The position numbers were made by a program, and so were the translations under genes. A stretch of DNA of 64,000 nucleotides, from positions 124,001-188,000 of the IMG/VR virus record IMGVR_UViG_3300042319_002138; one strand, 5' to 3'. Below, piece after piece: positions 39,434 to 49,086 of the stretch. Every line of letters starts with the position of its first letter. Within the stretch, counting starts at the first letter, position 1. The notes under the pieces were generated by a model. It was not told the DNA's origin. It was given only the letters and a program-made list of their open reading frames with translations, and made no database searches.

Positions 39434-39925
39434 ATGTCTACACAATACATTATTAATAATAACGACGGTCTATTATCTGGACAAACAATTAGTGGAGATT
39501 TAACGGTAACTAATTCTTTATCAGCCACAACATATTATGGTGATGGTTCTGGTTTAAGTAACATAGGAGTTAGCCAACCTTATAAAGTTTATACGGCTTT
39601 ATTAAATCAGGGTGGTGTTGGTATTGCTCCGACAGCTAGGGTATTAGAGAATACTTTAGGTGTTATAACTTGGGAGTATATCGATGCAGGTATATATTAT
39701 GGGACATTAACTAGTGCTTTTACACCTTCTAGTAGTGCTTTTACTTATGACAAAACAGTTGTGTTTGTACAAAGGTATCTATCTCTTTCTGCCGCAGGAG
39801 GTGGTAAAGATGTTGTTGCGTATAGGGGCAGTGATGAGAGTATTACTGTTGTAACAATGGACAATGTTGATTACATTAATAATGTTTTATATGAACAAGG
39901 AATAGAAATAAGGTTGTATGATTAA
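39434..39925 (+). CDS. fibre-like protein, paralog of the 38196 N-terminus
   Basis: MSTQYIINNNDGLLSGQTISGDL..YYGDGSGL vs MSVKYIIDNADSLLSEQIITGDL..FYGDGSGL. Confidence 0.6.
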   Translation: MSTQYIINNNDGLLSGQTISGDLTVTNSLSATTYYGDGSGLSNIGVSQPYKVYTALLNQGGVGIAPTARVLENTLGVITWEYIDAGIYYGTLTSAFTPSSSAFTYDKTVVFVQRYLSLSAAGGGKDVVAYRGSDESITVVTMDNVDYINNVLYEQGIEIRLYD

Positions 39926-39930
39926 AATAT

Positions 39931-39963
39931 AAAAAAACCACAATTAATGTTGTGGTTTTTTTT
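39931..39963. terminator. bidirectional intrinsic terminator
   Basis: A-tract, ACCACAA/TTGTGGT stem, T-tract, between convergent genes. Confidence 0.75.
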
Positions 39964-39964
39964 A

Positions 39965-40360
39965 TTATGGAACAAATATTTGTAATTGTCCAGCACTTAC
40001 AGTAAAATCAGGTTTTTTCATCACGGTGATTGTGACCAGATTCCAATGATTTGTTTCTAATTTTTCAGGATTAATAATAACATTTAAATTATCACCACCT
40101 TCTCTTGAAACTATAAATCTTCTATTAGGTCTTATTTCATTATCTATAATACTATAAATTATTTCATCTTTAGCATCCTCAAGTAGGTTAATAATGTCAT
40201 AATCATATATTTTTTCACCACTCCCGTGTCTCCATTTTCTTTGTGCTGTATGACCACCTGTATCATGATATAAGTCAAAAGTAAAAGTAATTTCACTACT
40301 TAACTCATGAAATTTTTCTTCCCTTAAGATAGTTTCTTTTATTAAAGATTTAATATTCAT
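39965..40360 (-). CDS. putative head-internal protein
   Basis: N-terminal IKSLIKETILREE motif. Late-type motif 5 nt upstream on the - strand. Confidence 0.6.
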   Translation of the reverse strand: MNIKSLIKETILREEKFHELSSEITFTFDLYHDTGGHTAQRKWRHGSGEKIYDYDIINLLEDAKDEIIYSIIDNEIRPNRRFIVSREGGDNLNVIINPEKLETNHWNLVTITVMKKPDFTVSAGQLQIFVP

Positions 40361-40364
40361 ATTT

Positions 40365-40378
40365 TATAAATATTTATA
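40365..40378. promoter_or_regulatory. palindromic divergent late promoter TATAAATATTTATA
   Basis: Perfect 14-bp palindrome containing ATATTTAT on both strands, between divergent genes. Confidence 0.55.
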
Positions 40379-40437
40379 TAAGTATTAAACGATATACTTT
40401 TAAAATAAAATTAATTAAAATTAAAAATAAAAAGGCT

Positions 40438-40767
40438 ATGAAAAAAATTATTGAGTTTGTAAAAAAATATAAAATCTACATTTTATCGGGATTATTATTT
40501 ATCTTCTTTTTCCGTTCTTGTATTAAATCAGGTGAGGTAAGAAAGTTGGATAAAATTAAAACTAAAAATGAAAGAGTTATTGATAGTTTAACTTCTGTTG
40601 TTAACGGACAAAAAGACACTATTAATAATATTTCTGAAGTAATTAGAATGGAAAAAATTAGAGTCCATAGAAATTATGATAATTATATTTCTTCTAAAGA
40701 CAGGGGTGACCAATTAATGGAACTCCATATGGTTGTGAAAAAAAATATTAAAGAACTAGAAAAATGA
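40438..40767 (+). CDS. membrane-anchored coiled-coil protein (spanin-like candidate)
   Basis: N-terminal TM segment ending FFRSC, followed by a coiled-coil. Confidence 0.45.
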   Translation: MKKIIEFVKKYKIYILSGLLFIFFFRSCIKSGEVRKLDKIKTKNERVIDSLTSVVNGQKDTINNISEVIRMEKIRVHRNYDNYISSKDRGDQLMELHMVVKKNIKELEK

Positions 40768-41723
40768 GAAAAATAATTAATTGGGTTAAGGACAACCCAA
40801 ACAGAAGTATGTTCTTGTTACCTATTATATTGGTAGCAGGAATTTCTATTTCACACGTTGTTTCTTGGTATGATATTACTAACCCATTTAGTTGGGCAGT
40901 TTACTTATCAGTCGCTATTGAAATAGGTGCTATGACAGCTTTGGTCGCAGCAACAAATAAAATGAAAGGTGGGGTTTGGTTTATGTTTGGATTGATTACA
41001 CTAATCCAAATGATTGGTAACATATTCTTCTCATTTAAAGAAATTGACGCAAACGGTTCTTTATTTAAATCTTGGGTTGAACTTACGGGTCCACTTTGGG
41101 ATATGATTGGTTCAGATTCTACCGATGTTGTTTCCATGAAAAGATGGTTGGCATTTTTAGAGGGTGGATTACTACCTATTATATCACTAACCTCACTACA
41201 TTTCTTTGTTAAGTATGAAAAATCTAATTCCCCAAAAAAGGAAGAGATTTCTCCAAATGAAGAGGTAATTACTGTAAATCAAGTACAAATTGAAGAAACC
41301 AATTCCCCAAAAGAAGATGAAAACTTGTTTCAAGAAGAGGTTTATTTACCTACAAAGGAAGAGGCTTTAATCGAAATAAATGAGACTCTTAATAAAGAGG
41401 TTAAAAAAGTTTGGGCAAAAGTTGAGGAATTAAGAGAAGAAAGTAAATTACCTGAAACAACAGAAGAGGATGATTCATCTGAACCTACCACTTTAGCTAA
41501 TTCTGAATATAGACTAGAAGAAATTAATGAGGAGGATGATGAACAACCATTGTTAGTTGAAGAAGAAAATCCTGAAGATGAAATAATTATTCCCATGACA
41601 GGAGACACTAGAGTAGTTGAAGTTGGAACAGATATTAAAGCTGGAAAAACTTTGGGTGATGAATTAACTAAAAGTTGGAATAGAATAATCAAAAAAAATA
41701 ACACTATCGATAGATTAGGTTAA
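40764..41723 (+). CDS. multi-pass membrane protein with acidic C-terminal tail
   Basis: About 4 hydrophobic segments, then a Glu-rich region. Confidence 0.6.
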   Translation: MRKIINWVKDNPNRSMFLLPIILVAGISISHVVSWYDITNPFSWAVYLSVAIEIGAMTALVAATNKMKGGVWFMFGLITLIQMIGNIFFSFKEIDANGSLFKSWVELTGPLWDMIGSDSTDVVSMKRWLAFLEGGLLPIISLTSLHFFVKYEKSNSPKKEEISPNEEVITVNQVQIEETNSPKEDENLFQEEVYLPTKEEALIEINETLNKEVKKVWAKVEELREESKLPETTEEDDSSEPTTLANSEYRLEEINEEDDEQPLLVEEENPEDEIIIPMTGDTRVVEVGTDIKAGKTLGDELTKSWNRIIKKNNTIDRLG

Positions 41724-42307
41724 TGATTAACGAAATATCATATCTTTTAGGTGAAAATAATTACTACAAACAAACCTACGAAAAAACTCAAATAGTAGTT
41801 GGTCATAATAGTAGAAAAGATATGCGTCACTACCATTCATGGATTAATAGGAGAAATGGTGGTTATAAAAAAACAGCCACCTTCTCAATAGATAAGGATG
41901 GTTCTATTTATAAACATTACGACCCAAAATACTATTCAGATTTTTTAGGTTGTGAACAAGATAAATGTAATATATCAATAGTATTAGTTAACGAAGGTTG
42001 GGTAAAATTAAACGATATGAACGTGTTTGTTGACTGGTTAGGGCATACTTATAGTAAAAATAGTGATTTATTAGAAAAGAATTGGAGGAACTATAAATAT
42101 TGGATAAAATACACCGAAAAACAGTTTGATTCCCTTAATTATTTAATAAATCATTTATGTGAAAACTATAATATTAAAAATAAATTTATTGGTCATAATG
42201 TTTATGATGAAAATATAGATTTATTTAAAGGAATAACTTTTAGGAGTAATTACTTTAAGGATATAACGGATGTAAGTCCGGCTTTTGAATTTGAAAAAAT
42301 AAAATAA
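41723..42307 (+). CDS. N-acetylmuramoyl-L-alanine amidase-like protein (divergent)
   Basis: QIVVGHN, FSIDKDGSIY, ISIVLVNEG, YTEKQFDSL..L..LC, and TDVSPAF. Confidence 0.65.
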   Translation: MINEISYLLGENNYYKQTYEKTQIVVGHNSRKDMRHYHSWINRRNGGYKKTATFSIDKDGSIYKHYDPKYYSDFLGCEQDKCNISIVLVNEGWVKLNDMNVFVDWLGHTYSKNSDLLEKNWRNYKYWIKYTEKQFDSLNYLINHLCENYNIKNKFIGHNVYDENIDLFKGITFRSNYFKDITDVSPAFEFEKIK

Positions 42308-42308
42308 A

Positions 42309-42860
42309 ATGGATGATAGAAAATTTTTAGACAAAATTAGAAAATTACAAGAAAGTGGTCAAAAAATTGGTCTAACAGAATCTACTGTAGGTAAATCTAC
42401 ATTAAAAGACTCTAGTTTTAGAAGACTTTTAAAAGAGTACGAGGAAAATACTAATATACAAACAGTTGAACCTGACGAACAAAGAGACGAAGAAAATAAG
42501 TTTAAAGATACTGTATCTAAATTGGTTAAATTTAACCCAATTAAGGTACATAAAGAAAACGTTGAGTGGTCAGGAAATCTTGTAAGAGAAAAGATTCAAT
42601 GGAACTACTCACTAGATGAAAAAATTGGTTGTTATATTCAATCAATGACAGATGGAGGTACTTCAGCACCAATTCAATTAACGGATGATACTTTAGAAGT
42701 TATTAAAAAACTTAGAGGTTATTATGATGTATGGAGTGATGAATGGTCAGCAAGATTAACGGGTGGTTCAGCAGAAGAAACAACCGAAGAAACACCAGTA
42801 GAAACTGCACCCACAGAAGCAGGTACAGAAGGTAAAGAAACAGGAGGATTTGGATTTTAA
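42309..42860 (+). CDS. putative head-associated protein
   Basis: LQE/LTE/LKE sites in the N-terminal 45 aa and an acidic C-terminus. Confidence 0.5.
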   Translation: MDDRKFLDKIRKLQESGQKIGLTESTVGKSTLKDSSFRRLLKEYEENTNIQTVEPDEQRDEENKFKDTVSKLVKFNPIKVHKENVEWSGNLVREKIQWNYSLDEKIGCYIQSMTDGGTSAPIQLTDDTLEVIKKLRGYYDVWSDEWSARLTGGSAEETTEETPVETAPTEAGTEGKETGGFGF

Positions 42861-42862
42861 TT

Positions 42863-43669
42863 ATGAAAGGTATTAATTTAAAAGACACCATTTTATTTGG
42901 TGGTATTATGTTTTTAATCATTTTACTTATGATGAGTAGATGTGAAAAAACTAAAATGGAAAAAGACTTGTATGAACAAGTTAGAGCAACAAATAAAGAA
43001 ATTGTTAAAAACAGTAAACTAATAAAAGAAAAAGACGGGCAATACTCTAAGTTTGTCAATAATTTCAACGACCAAAAAGATTTACTTAAACAATTAAAGG
43101 AAGAAAATAAAGATTTATATAAAACAATCAAAAAAAGTGATGAAAAACTTTTAATGATTAATAATACATTGATTACACTAGAAGGACAAGTTTCGGAAGG
43201 TTTTGGTAAAATTAATCCTAGTGATAGTAATTTAATTGATTTAAAATTAAAATACCCTAACGACAAAGATTGGTTTATTTCTTGGGATGGTACAGTACAT
43301 AAGAAGACAGCTTTCTATAAAGGTGACTGGACTTTTGGTAAATTACCTTTACAGATTATTTTAACTGAAACAGATAAAGGTATATGGAATAGTAGATTAA
43401 TTGGACCAGAATGGTTAAAGGTTGATAAAATGGAGGTTAATGCTATTAAACCTGAAGACATTACATCACCATATGTACCACAACCACGTAATTTTGGACT
43501 TATGTTAGGTGGTGGTTATGTAAAAGGATTTGCTAATCCAACAACTAACGCACTTTCAATAGGTATAGGTGGGTTCTTTAAAAATCATTCAGTAATAGTT
43601 AATGGAACAACTAATAGTACGATAGGCTTTAATTATTATTACAGATTTGTTACTTTTAAGAAAAAATAA
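42863..43669 (+). CDS. membrane-anchored coiled-coil + beta protein (spanin-like candidate)
   Basis: N-terminal TM ending MSRC, coiled-coil, and C-terminal Gly/aromatic beta strands. Confidence 0.45.
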   Translation: MKGINLKDTILFGGIMFLIILLMMSRCEKTKMEKDLYEQVRATNKEIVKNSKLIKEKDGQYSKFVNNFNDQKDLLKQLKEENKDLYKTIKKSDEKLLMINNTLITLEGQVSEGFGKINPSDSNLIDLKLKYPNDKDWFISWDGTVHKKTAFYKGDWTFGKLPLQIILTETDKGIWNSRLIGPEWLKVDKMEVNAIKPEDITSPYVPQPRNFGLMLGGGYVKGFANPTTNALSIGIGGFFKNHSVIVNGTTNSTIGFNYYYRFVTFKKK

Positions 43670-43674
43670 TTGTC

Positions 43675-44001
43675 ATGAGTAGTAATTTACAGGTTAAAAG
43701 ATTAATAGAAGAAATACAAGAAAACAGTCACAAAAAAGTTATTGTTTACGCATTAGATGGTTGTCCAGCGTGTGAAGAGTTTAAAAGTAAGATTGATAAA
43801 ATAGGTCTTGTTTTTGAAAATATCGGTATGGATGGTAACGACGTTATGTGGAAAATGTTAAGTGAAAAAGGTGGTAGTGACTTTGTTCCACAAGTTGAAG
43901 TGGAGGGTTATTTGATTAAAGAGGAAGAATATGAAACTGTTAATGAGTTGGTTAGTAAGACCTTATCGAGACTCTTAGAACGAAAAATTATAATTAAATA
44001 A
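43675..44001 (+). CDS. glutaredoxin-like protein
   Basis: VIVYALDGCPACEEFK and the cis-Pro motif FVPQV. Confidence 0.8.
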   Translation: MSSNLQVKRLIEEIQENSHKKVIVYALDGCPACEEFKSKIDKIGLVFENIGMDGNDVMWKMLSEKGGSDFVPQVEVEGYLIKEEEYETVNELVSKTLSRLLERKIIIK

Positions 44002-44011
44002 TTAAAAAATT

Positions 44012-44041
44012 AAAACCACTTAAAATTTAGGTGGTTTTTTT
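44012..44041 (+). terminator. intrinsic terminator
   Basis: AAAACCACTTA / TAGGTGGTTTT stem plus T-tract. Confidence 0.7.
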
Positions 44042-44096
44042 ATGCTCAGAAGATATTTATCTAATAAATAATAATCGATTATTAAAAAAACACAAA

Positions 44097-44261
44097 ATGG
44101 CAAAGGTATTAAGATACAATGAAGAAGAATTCGTAACTCTATTAGAGAACATCGTAAAAAGAGTTAAAAAAGAACAAATGTTAGAAGAGGCTAGAAAAAA
44201 TAGAAAAGCTAACCTATCTGAAAATTTCAATAGACTTAGAGAAAGAAGAAGTCGTAATTAA
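44097..44261 (+). CDS. small putative head-internal protein
   Basis: Probable start MAKVLRYNEEEFVTLLENIVKRVKKE, after ATATTTAT at 44053. Confidence 0.55.
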   Translation: MAKVLRYNEEEFVTLLENIVKRVKKEQMLEEARKNRKANLSENFNRLRERRSRN

Positions 44262-44263
44262 TA

Positions 44264-44533
44264 ATGAAAAGTCTTATTAAACAAGTCCTTAAGGAAGAAC
44301 TAACTCGTGCCGATAAAGCTGAAATTAAAAAAATAGCAAGGACCGAGTTTGAAGACATGCTTAAAAGTTCCAACATCAAATCAAAGATAGAGGATATTGT
44401 TAAAAAACAACTTAAAAACGATAAAGCAACCCAAAAAGAAGTTGCTGATATCACACAAAAAGTATTAGTACAATTCTATAAAACCCTTTGGACTAGAAGA
44501 AGTTTTTGGGCTAATAAATTAGATAACATATAA
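44264..44533 (+). CDS. putative head-internal protein
   Basis: MKSLIKQVLKEE N-terminus. Confidence 0.6.
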   Translation: MKSLIKQVLKEELTRADKAEIKKIARTEFEDMLKSSNIKSKIEDIVKKQLKNDKATQKEVADITQKVLVQFYKTLWTRRSFWANKLDNI

Positions 44534-46161
44534 TGTCATATAATTTAATTAATAGAGACCCAATAGCTAAAGTAGGGATGAGAATCCGTATGGGTGAATT
44601 TGATGCCAACAATCCATCTAAAAAAAATTCTGAATGGAAACCTGATGTAAGTGCAGTAAAAAAAGATTTAGAAGGTACTATATATAAAATAGATGACATT
44701 GGTACCTTACATGTTAAGTGGGACAACGGGAGTACAATGGGGATTATACCTAATATAGACACTTATACGTTATTACCATCTTTAAAAGACCAGGTAGATT
44801 TTAATGTTTTTGAGGCTGAAGATAAACCTATTTTAAATAATAGTAAGGCAACTCCAGCAGGAAAAAATCTATCAAAAAAGTTTAAAGCACCAATGAAAAA
44901 ACTTGGTGTAAAATCTGAATCTGAGGAAAAAAATCTATCAAAAGAGGTTGATTGTGAAATGTGTGACCATTCTTGGGACATAGAACCAAAAGAAAAACAC
45001 CCATACTTATGTCATGATTGTGGTTACGATAACAAATCTAAAAAATATAACTACAAAGAACTTGAAAACTTTCGGAAGAAACATAAAAAAGAGGGTGAGT
45101 TAGAAGAAACTATGACAGCCGGTGGAGGAAATGGTTTAGCTGGTGCATCAGGTTATGCATTTACAGGTTCATTAGGTGGTACCAAAAAAACAAACGAAAA
45201 CAAAATCATTAAAGTAAAAGATTTAATGAAAGAAGAAACTACCACAAGTGCTATTTCAGCAACGGTAGATTTTGTGGTAGCTAATTTATTGGGTTGGGGT
45301 ACAAAGGAGGATATGAGTCCACCTTGGCCTTCACCTAAAAGAAAAGCTGATAATAATGAAATAGAAGATTGGTGGTGGCAAAAAATACCAACATACAATG
45401 GTGGTGTTATAACAGACCCTTATGCCAAAACAAACGAAACTTGGGACGACGACCAATTAGAGGTTCATATTGACGGTGATATGACGCAATTTCAAAAAGA
45501 CGTTTATAAAAACCCTAAAAAATATAAACAATCTGTTATTACAATTGACAAGGGGTTTGACCTTAACGTTAGTCCACCAAATAATGATTGGAAAACATCA
45601 TTACAAAAAGGGGTAACTTTAAAAAACCAAAAATCAGAAGAACCCGCTGAACATTTTCGTAATAGACACTATTCAAGAACCATCAAGAAAGAAGAGGTAT
45701 CTAATTTTGTAAATGATTTACTTTCAGAATCTAAGAAAAAAGAAAAGGAAAAAGAGGATTTAGAAGAAACAACAACATTTGGTTCTGTATTTGGTGGTGG
45801 TTTCCCTGTAGGTCCTGCTTTTGCAGCTAAGAAAGGGAAATGGACACCATCTAAAAAACCTATATGGAAAGGTGGTAAAATCATCCAAAGATTAGATAAT
45901 ACTGGTATTCTAGGTGAAAACACTTTATTTACTGAAATAAATAAAATTAAGTTTGTCCCAAAAGGAGGTAAATTTGTTAAGATTAAAGACAAATGTGCTA
46001 AATATAATAACCAACCATGGTGTAGTCAGGGAGCAATAGATAAACCTTTAGAACTTAGTAATAATACCTTTGAAAGTATTAAAAAAGTCTCTAAAGAAAC
46101 TGGTTTACCTTTTAATATTATCTTAGATAAAATCAAATTAAAGATACTAAACAATAAATAA
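44533..46161 (+). CDS. modular head-associated protein (DUF4314-like N-domain, zinc ribbon, repeated EET sites)
   Basis: GTIYKIDDIGTLHVKWDNGS; CEMC..CHDC; LEETMT / KEETTT / LEETTT. Confidence 0.6.
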   Translation: MSYNLINRDPIAKVGMRIRMGEFDANNPSKKNSEWKPDVSAVKKDLEGTIYKIDDIGTLHVKWDNGSTMGIIPNIDTYTLLPSLKDQVDFNVFEAEDKPILNNSKATPAGKNLSKKFKAPMKKLGVKSESEEKNLSKEVDCEMCDHSWDIEPKEKHPYLCHDCGYDNKSKKYNYKELENFRKKHKKEGELEETMTAGGGNGLAGASGYAFTGSLGGTKKTNENKIIKVKDLMKEETTTSAISATVDFVVANLLGWGTKEDMSPPWPSPKRKADNNEIEDWWWQKIPTYNGGVITDPYAKTNETWDDDQLEVHIDGDMTQFQKDVYKNPKKYKQSVITIDKGFDLNVSPPNNDWKTSLQKGVTLKNQKSEEPAEHFRNRHYSRTIKKEEVSNFVNDLLSESKKKEKEKEDLEETTTFGSVFGGGFPVGPAFAAKKGKWTPSKKPIWKGGKIIQRLDNTGILGENTLFTEINKIKFVPKGGKFVKIKDKCAKYNNQPWCSQGAIDKPLELSNNTFESIKKVSKETGLPFNIILDKIKLKILNNK

Positions 46162-46186
46162 AGATATTTATAATAAAAACATAGAC

Positions 46187-47155
46187 ATGTCAAATAAGAT
46201 TAATAAACTAGTTAAAAAGAACTTAAATACTTTACTTGAAACTAAAGGATTTGAGGATATGGAAGTTGCTTTTGGTGTTAAACACAAAAGTGATAACCTT
46301 TCTGACGCTGAAAAAGGCCAATTTGGTTCAATGGAGTCAATCCAAGACAAAGAAAGTGGTGTTGTTAAATTAGGTACTTCTACTGTACAACCAGCATTAA
46401 ATAAAGTACATAAAGAAGATGTGAAAGATGCTGAAGAGTATTACAAAATGGTTTTGGATAGAATGAGAAACTTCCAAAAGACAGATACTTCTGAACCATC
46501 ACAAATTGGTGAGGCTTTTAAACCTAAAAAGGTTAATAGAGAAGATGACCAAACAAAAGATTATGATGTATATGATACTGAAGCTTTAGGACCTGGTATG
46601 TTAGCACTAAAATATGATAATGAAGGAACACCTGTTCACGATGAATTCGTGAAAAGACAAGATGAGTTAAACGGTAACGACTCTACATATCTAAAATTAA
46701 GAGGTTATTCAGAAAAGTATTTAAAACACAAATACGGAACACCTGATGAATACCACTACTCACCAAAAGTTAGAACAACTGATAAACCTATTGCTGAATC
46801 AGATAAAAAATACTCTGACGTTATTGAAGAAAATATATTCAAAACAAAAAGTAAGATAACATCAAAAGAACAGGTTATTAGATTAACAGAAAAGTTACCT
46901 TCTAGAGTTAAGATTGATGAGACAGTATTTGCTGTTACTGACGGTAATAACTATTATAGATTGATTTGGGAAGGTGAAGAAGACGGTGAAGCGGTTATTA
47001 CACACGAAAAAAATACTAAGGTAGTTAGTGAGTCGATTGATAAAATGAAACATTTGTGGGGTTATAAAGCATCGGATTCTATTTCCACTAAAAACATTGT
47101 TAAAGAAAACGAAGAAGATAAGTTTAAAACATTATTTAGACAAATGAAAAAATAA
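46187..47155 (+). CDS. putative head-associated protein
   Basis: 322 aa after ATATTTAT (46164). Multiple [LIV]xE sites. Confidence 0.55.
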   Translation: MSNKINKLVKKNLNTLLETKGFEDMEVAFGVKHKSDNLSDAEKGQFGSMESIQDKESGVVKLGTSTVQPALNKVHKEDVKDAEEYYKMVLDRMRNFQKTDTSEPSQIGEAFKPKKVNREDDQTKDYDVYDTEALGPGMLALKYDNEGTPVHDEFVKRQDELNGNDSTYLKLRGYSEKYLKHKYGTPDEYHYSPKVRTTDKPIAESDKKYSDVIEENIFKTKSKITSKEQVIRLTEKLPSRVKIDETVFAVTDGNNYYRLIWEGEEDGEAVITHEKNTKVVSESIDKMKHLWGYKASDSISTKNIVKENEEDKFKTLFRQMKK

Positions 47156-47160
47156 TCACT

Positions 47161-47487
47161 ATGGCAAATGAAAAAAAAATAAACACGGAACCAACAAAAA
47201 AGAAGTGGTATTCAGTAGCAGCAGAAAAAATTAAATGGTTTTTTACTGAAGTTATGAATATGTATTCAGCTAGTGATTCTTATTTTTCTAAAAAAAGAAT
47301 TGAATCTGGTGTAGCTTTTGTTATAGCTCAATGGGGGATGATATTTTTTTTAATGGAAAAACATAGTAAACTAAGTATGGGTGAATTTCTATTATGGGCT
47401 TCAGCGGAATTTGCGGTCGCGGGATGGATGATTACTAAAATACAGAAAGAAAAAAATACAAATCATAACGAAGAAAACCCTCAGTAA
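47161..47487 (+). CDS. holin-like membrane protein
   Basis: Two TM helices with charged termini, upstream of the lysozyme. Confidence 0.45.
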   Translation: MANEKKINTEPTKKKWYSVAAEKIKWFFTEVMNMYSASDSYFSKKRIESGVAFVIAQWGMIFFLMEKHSKLSMGEFLLWASAEFAVAGWMITKIQKEKNTNHNEENPQ

Positions 47488-47499
47488 GAGGGTTTTTTT
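47474..47499 (+). terminator. intrinsic terminator
   Basis: AAAACCCTC-AGTAA-GAGGGTTTT plus T-tract. Confidence 0.75.
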
Positions 47500-47522
47500 A
47501 TTTATAATCATATTTATGTAAT

Positions 47523-47906
47523 ATGAAAAAAGTAATTAGACTTACAGAATTAGATTTAACAAGAATTGTCAAAAGAATTCTTAAAGAAGAGGCTGAAGAA
47601 AAAGTTGAGGTAACATATAGTACTTCACATGGTGATATAACTTATATTGGGCAATTAGGTAGAAACCCTAACGAAGATTTATATTATTTTAAACCAGAGG
47701 AAGGTGGGTTTGAATTTATGTCTAATAGTAGTATGAAACCTAATTGGGGTCTTGAAAAAGAATTTAATAGATTAGTCGGAAAAAAATTAACTGTTGATTA
47801 TGAATATGGTCCTTCTATTAAATTAGGTGGTCAAATAAATCATGGTAAAATGTTTATTAAAGGCCTCTTAAACGGTGAGGAGAATGTTAAAATAAAAAAA
47901 ATTTAA
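47523..47906 (+). CDS. putative head-internal protein
   Basis: MKKVIRLTELDLTRIVKRILKEE N-terminus. ATATTTAT 5 nt upstream. Confidence 0.6.
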   Translation: MKKVIRLTELDLTRIVKRILKEEAEEKVEVTYSTSHGDITYIGQLGRNPNEDLYYFKPEEGGFEFMSNSSMKPNWGLEKEFNRLVGKKLTVDYEYGPSIKLGGQINHGKMFIKGLLNGEENVKIKKI

Positions 47907-47976
47907 TTTATTAAACCCCATCTTTATATAGTTAGGGTTTTTTTTATGTCTAAGAATATTTATAAATAAAAACATT

Positions 47977-48435
47977 ATGAAAATTACAAAAACAAGTGAG
48001 AAAGGTATTGATTTAATTAAATCTTTTGAAGGATTTATGTCAAAACCTTATTTATGTCCAGCTAAAATCCCAACAATTGGGTATGGAGCAACTTTTTACC
48101 CTGACGGTAAAAAAGTAACCTTAAATGACAAAGCGATTACTGAAGCGGAAGGTGTTGCGTTATTAAAAAGTATGTTAGTAAAGTTTGAACAATACGTTGA
48201 TTCTTACTGTGTGGATACAATTAATCAAGGTCAATTTGATGCATTAGTTTCTTTCGCCTATAACTTAGGTCCAGCTAACTTAAAATCTAGTACATTACTT
48301 AAAAAAGTTAATACTGACCCTAACGACCCAACTATTGAAGTTGAATTCTTAAAATGGACTAAAGCTGGTGGTAAAACACTTAAAGGTTTGGTAAGAAGAA
48401 GAGAGGCTGAAGTTAAATTATATTTTAATAAATAA
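47977..48435 (+). CDS. endolysin, GH24 lysozyme
   Basis: IKSFEG...PYLCPAKIPTIGYG, QFDALVSFAYNLG and GLVRRREAE. Confidence 0.92.
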   Translation: MKITKTSEKGIDLIKSFEGFMSKPYLCPAKIPTIGYGATFYPDGKKVTLNDKAITEAEGVALLKSMLVKFEQYVDSYCVDTINQGQFDALVSFAYNLGPANLKSSTLLKKVNTDPNDPTIEVEFLKWTKAGGKTLKGLVRRREAEVKLYFNK

Positions 48436-48441
48436 AAAAAA

Positions 48442-49032
48442 ATGAGTTATACAAGAGAACAAATTGAAACAGCAGTTAAATCAAAAGGATACGTTTGGTT
48501 TGAAGGCACTAAAGATTACGATGTGAACATTGTAGGGGTAAGAAATTCCGCTACTGGAGATAAAGTTACTAATGTATTTGATGATACAATGACTATATCT
48601 TATAAAGAAAATGGTGAATGGAAATTCCGCACTTGGTCATGTACAACAGACCCAGGTAAAAAAGGGGTTATGGAGTATCATAACGCAGCTGGTGTAGCTA
48701 GATTAGTGGAAGGTCAGTACAGAGGTTCACACACAATTAGATTACACCAAGGTAAGTATGAGGCGTTAGGTCAAGCAAAGAATGTTAAAGTTTATCGTGA
48801 TGCTAATCGTGATATGAAATATGATGAGACTAAAATTACTGAAGGTGTTTACGGTATCAATATTCATAAAGCAGGTGCTGATTCTACTTACGTAGAGAAT
48901 TGGTCAGAAGGTTGTCAAGTATTTAAAAAATCAGCTGATTTTGAAGAATTTATGAAAATCTGTAGAAAAGCTAAAGATATTCATGGAAATTCATTTACCT
49001 ACACTCTTATTGAGTCAAAAGATATTGTTTAA
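48442..49032 (+). CDS. YkuD-like (L,D-transpeptidase fold) cell-wall enzyme candidate
   Basis: GINIH...(12 aa)...SEGCQV resembles the His/Cys catalytic motif of YkuD. Adjacent to the lysozyme. Confidence 0.55.
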   Translation: MSYTREQIETAVKSKGYVWFEGTKDYDVNIVGVRNSATGDKVTNVFDDTMTISYKENGEWKFRTWSCTTDPGKKGVMEYHNAAGVARLVEGQYRGSHTIRLHQGKYEALGQAKNVKVYRDANRDMKYDETKITEGVYGINIHKAGADSTYVENWSEGCQVFKKSADFEEFMKICRKAKDIHGNSFTYTLIESKDIV

Positions 49033-49086
49033 CAATATTTAAACAGTAAACCTATAAATCTAAGAAATAGTCATTAATATTAATAA

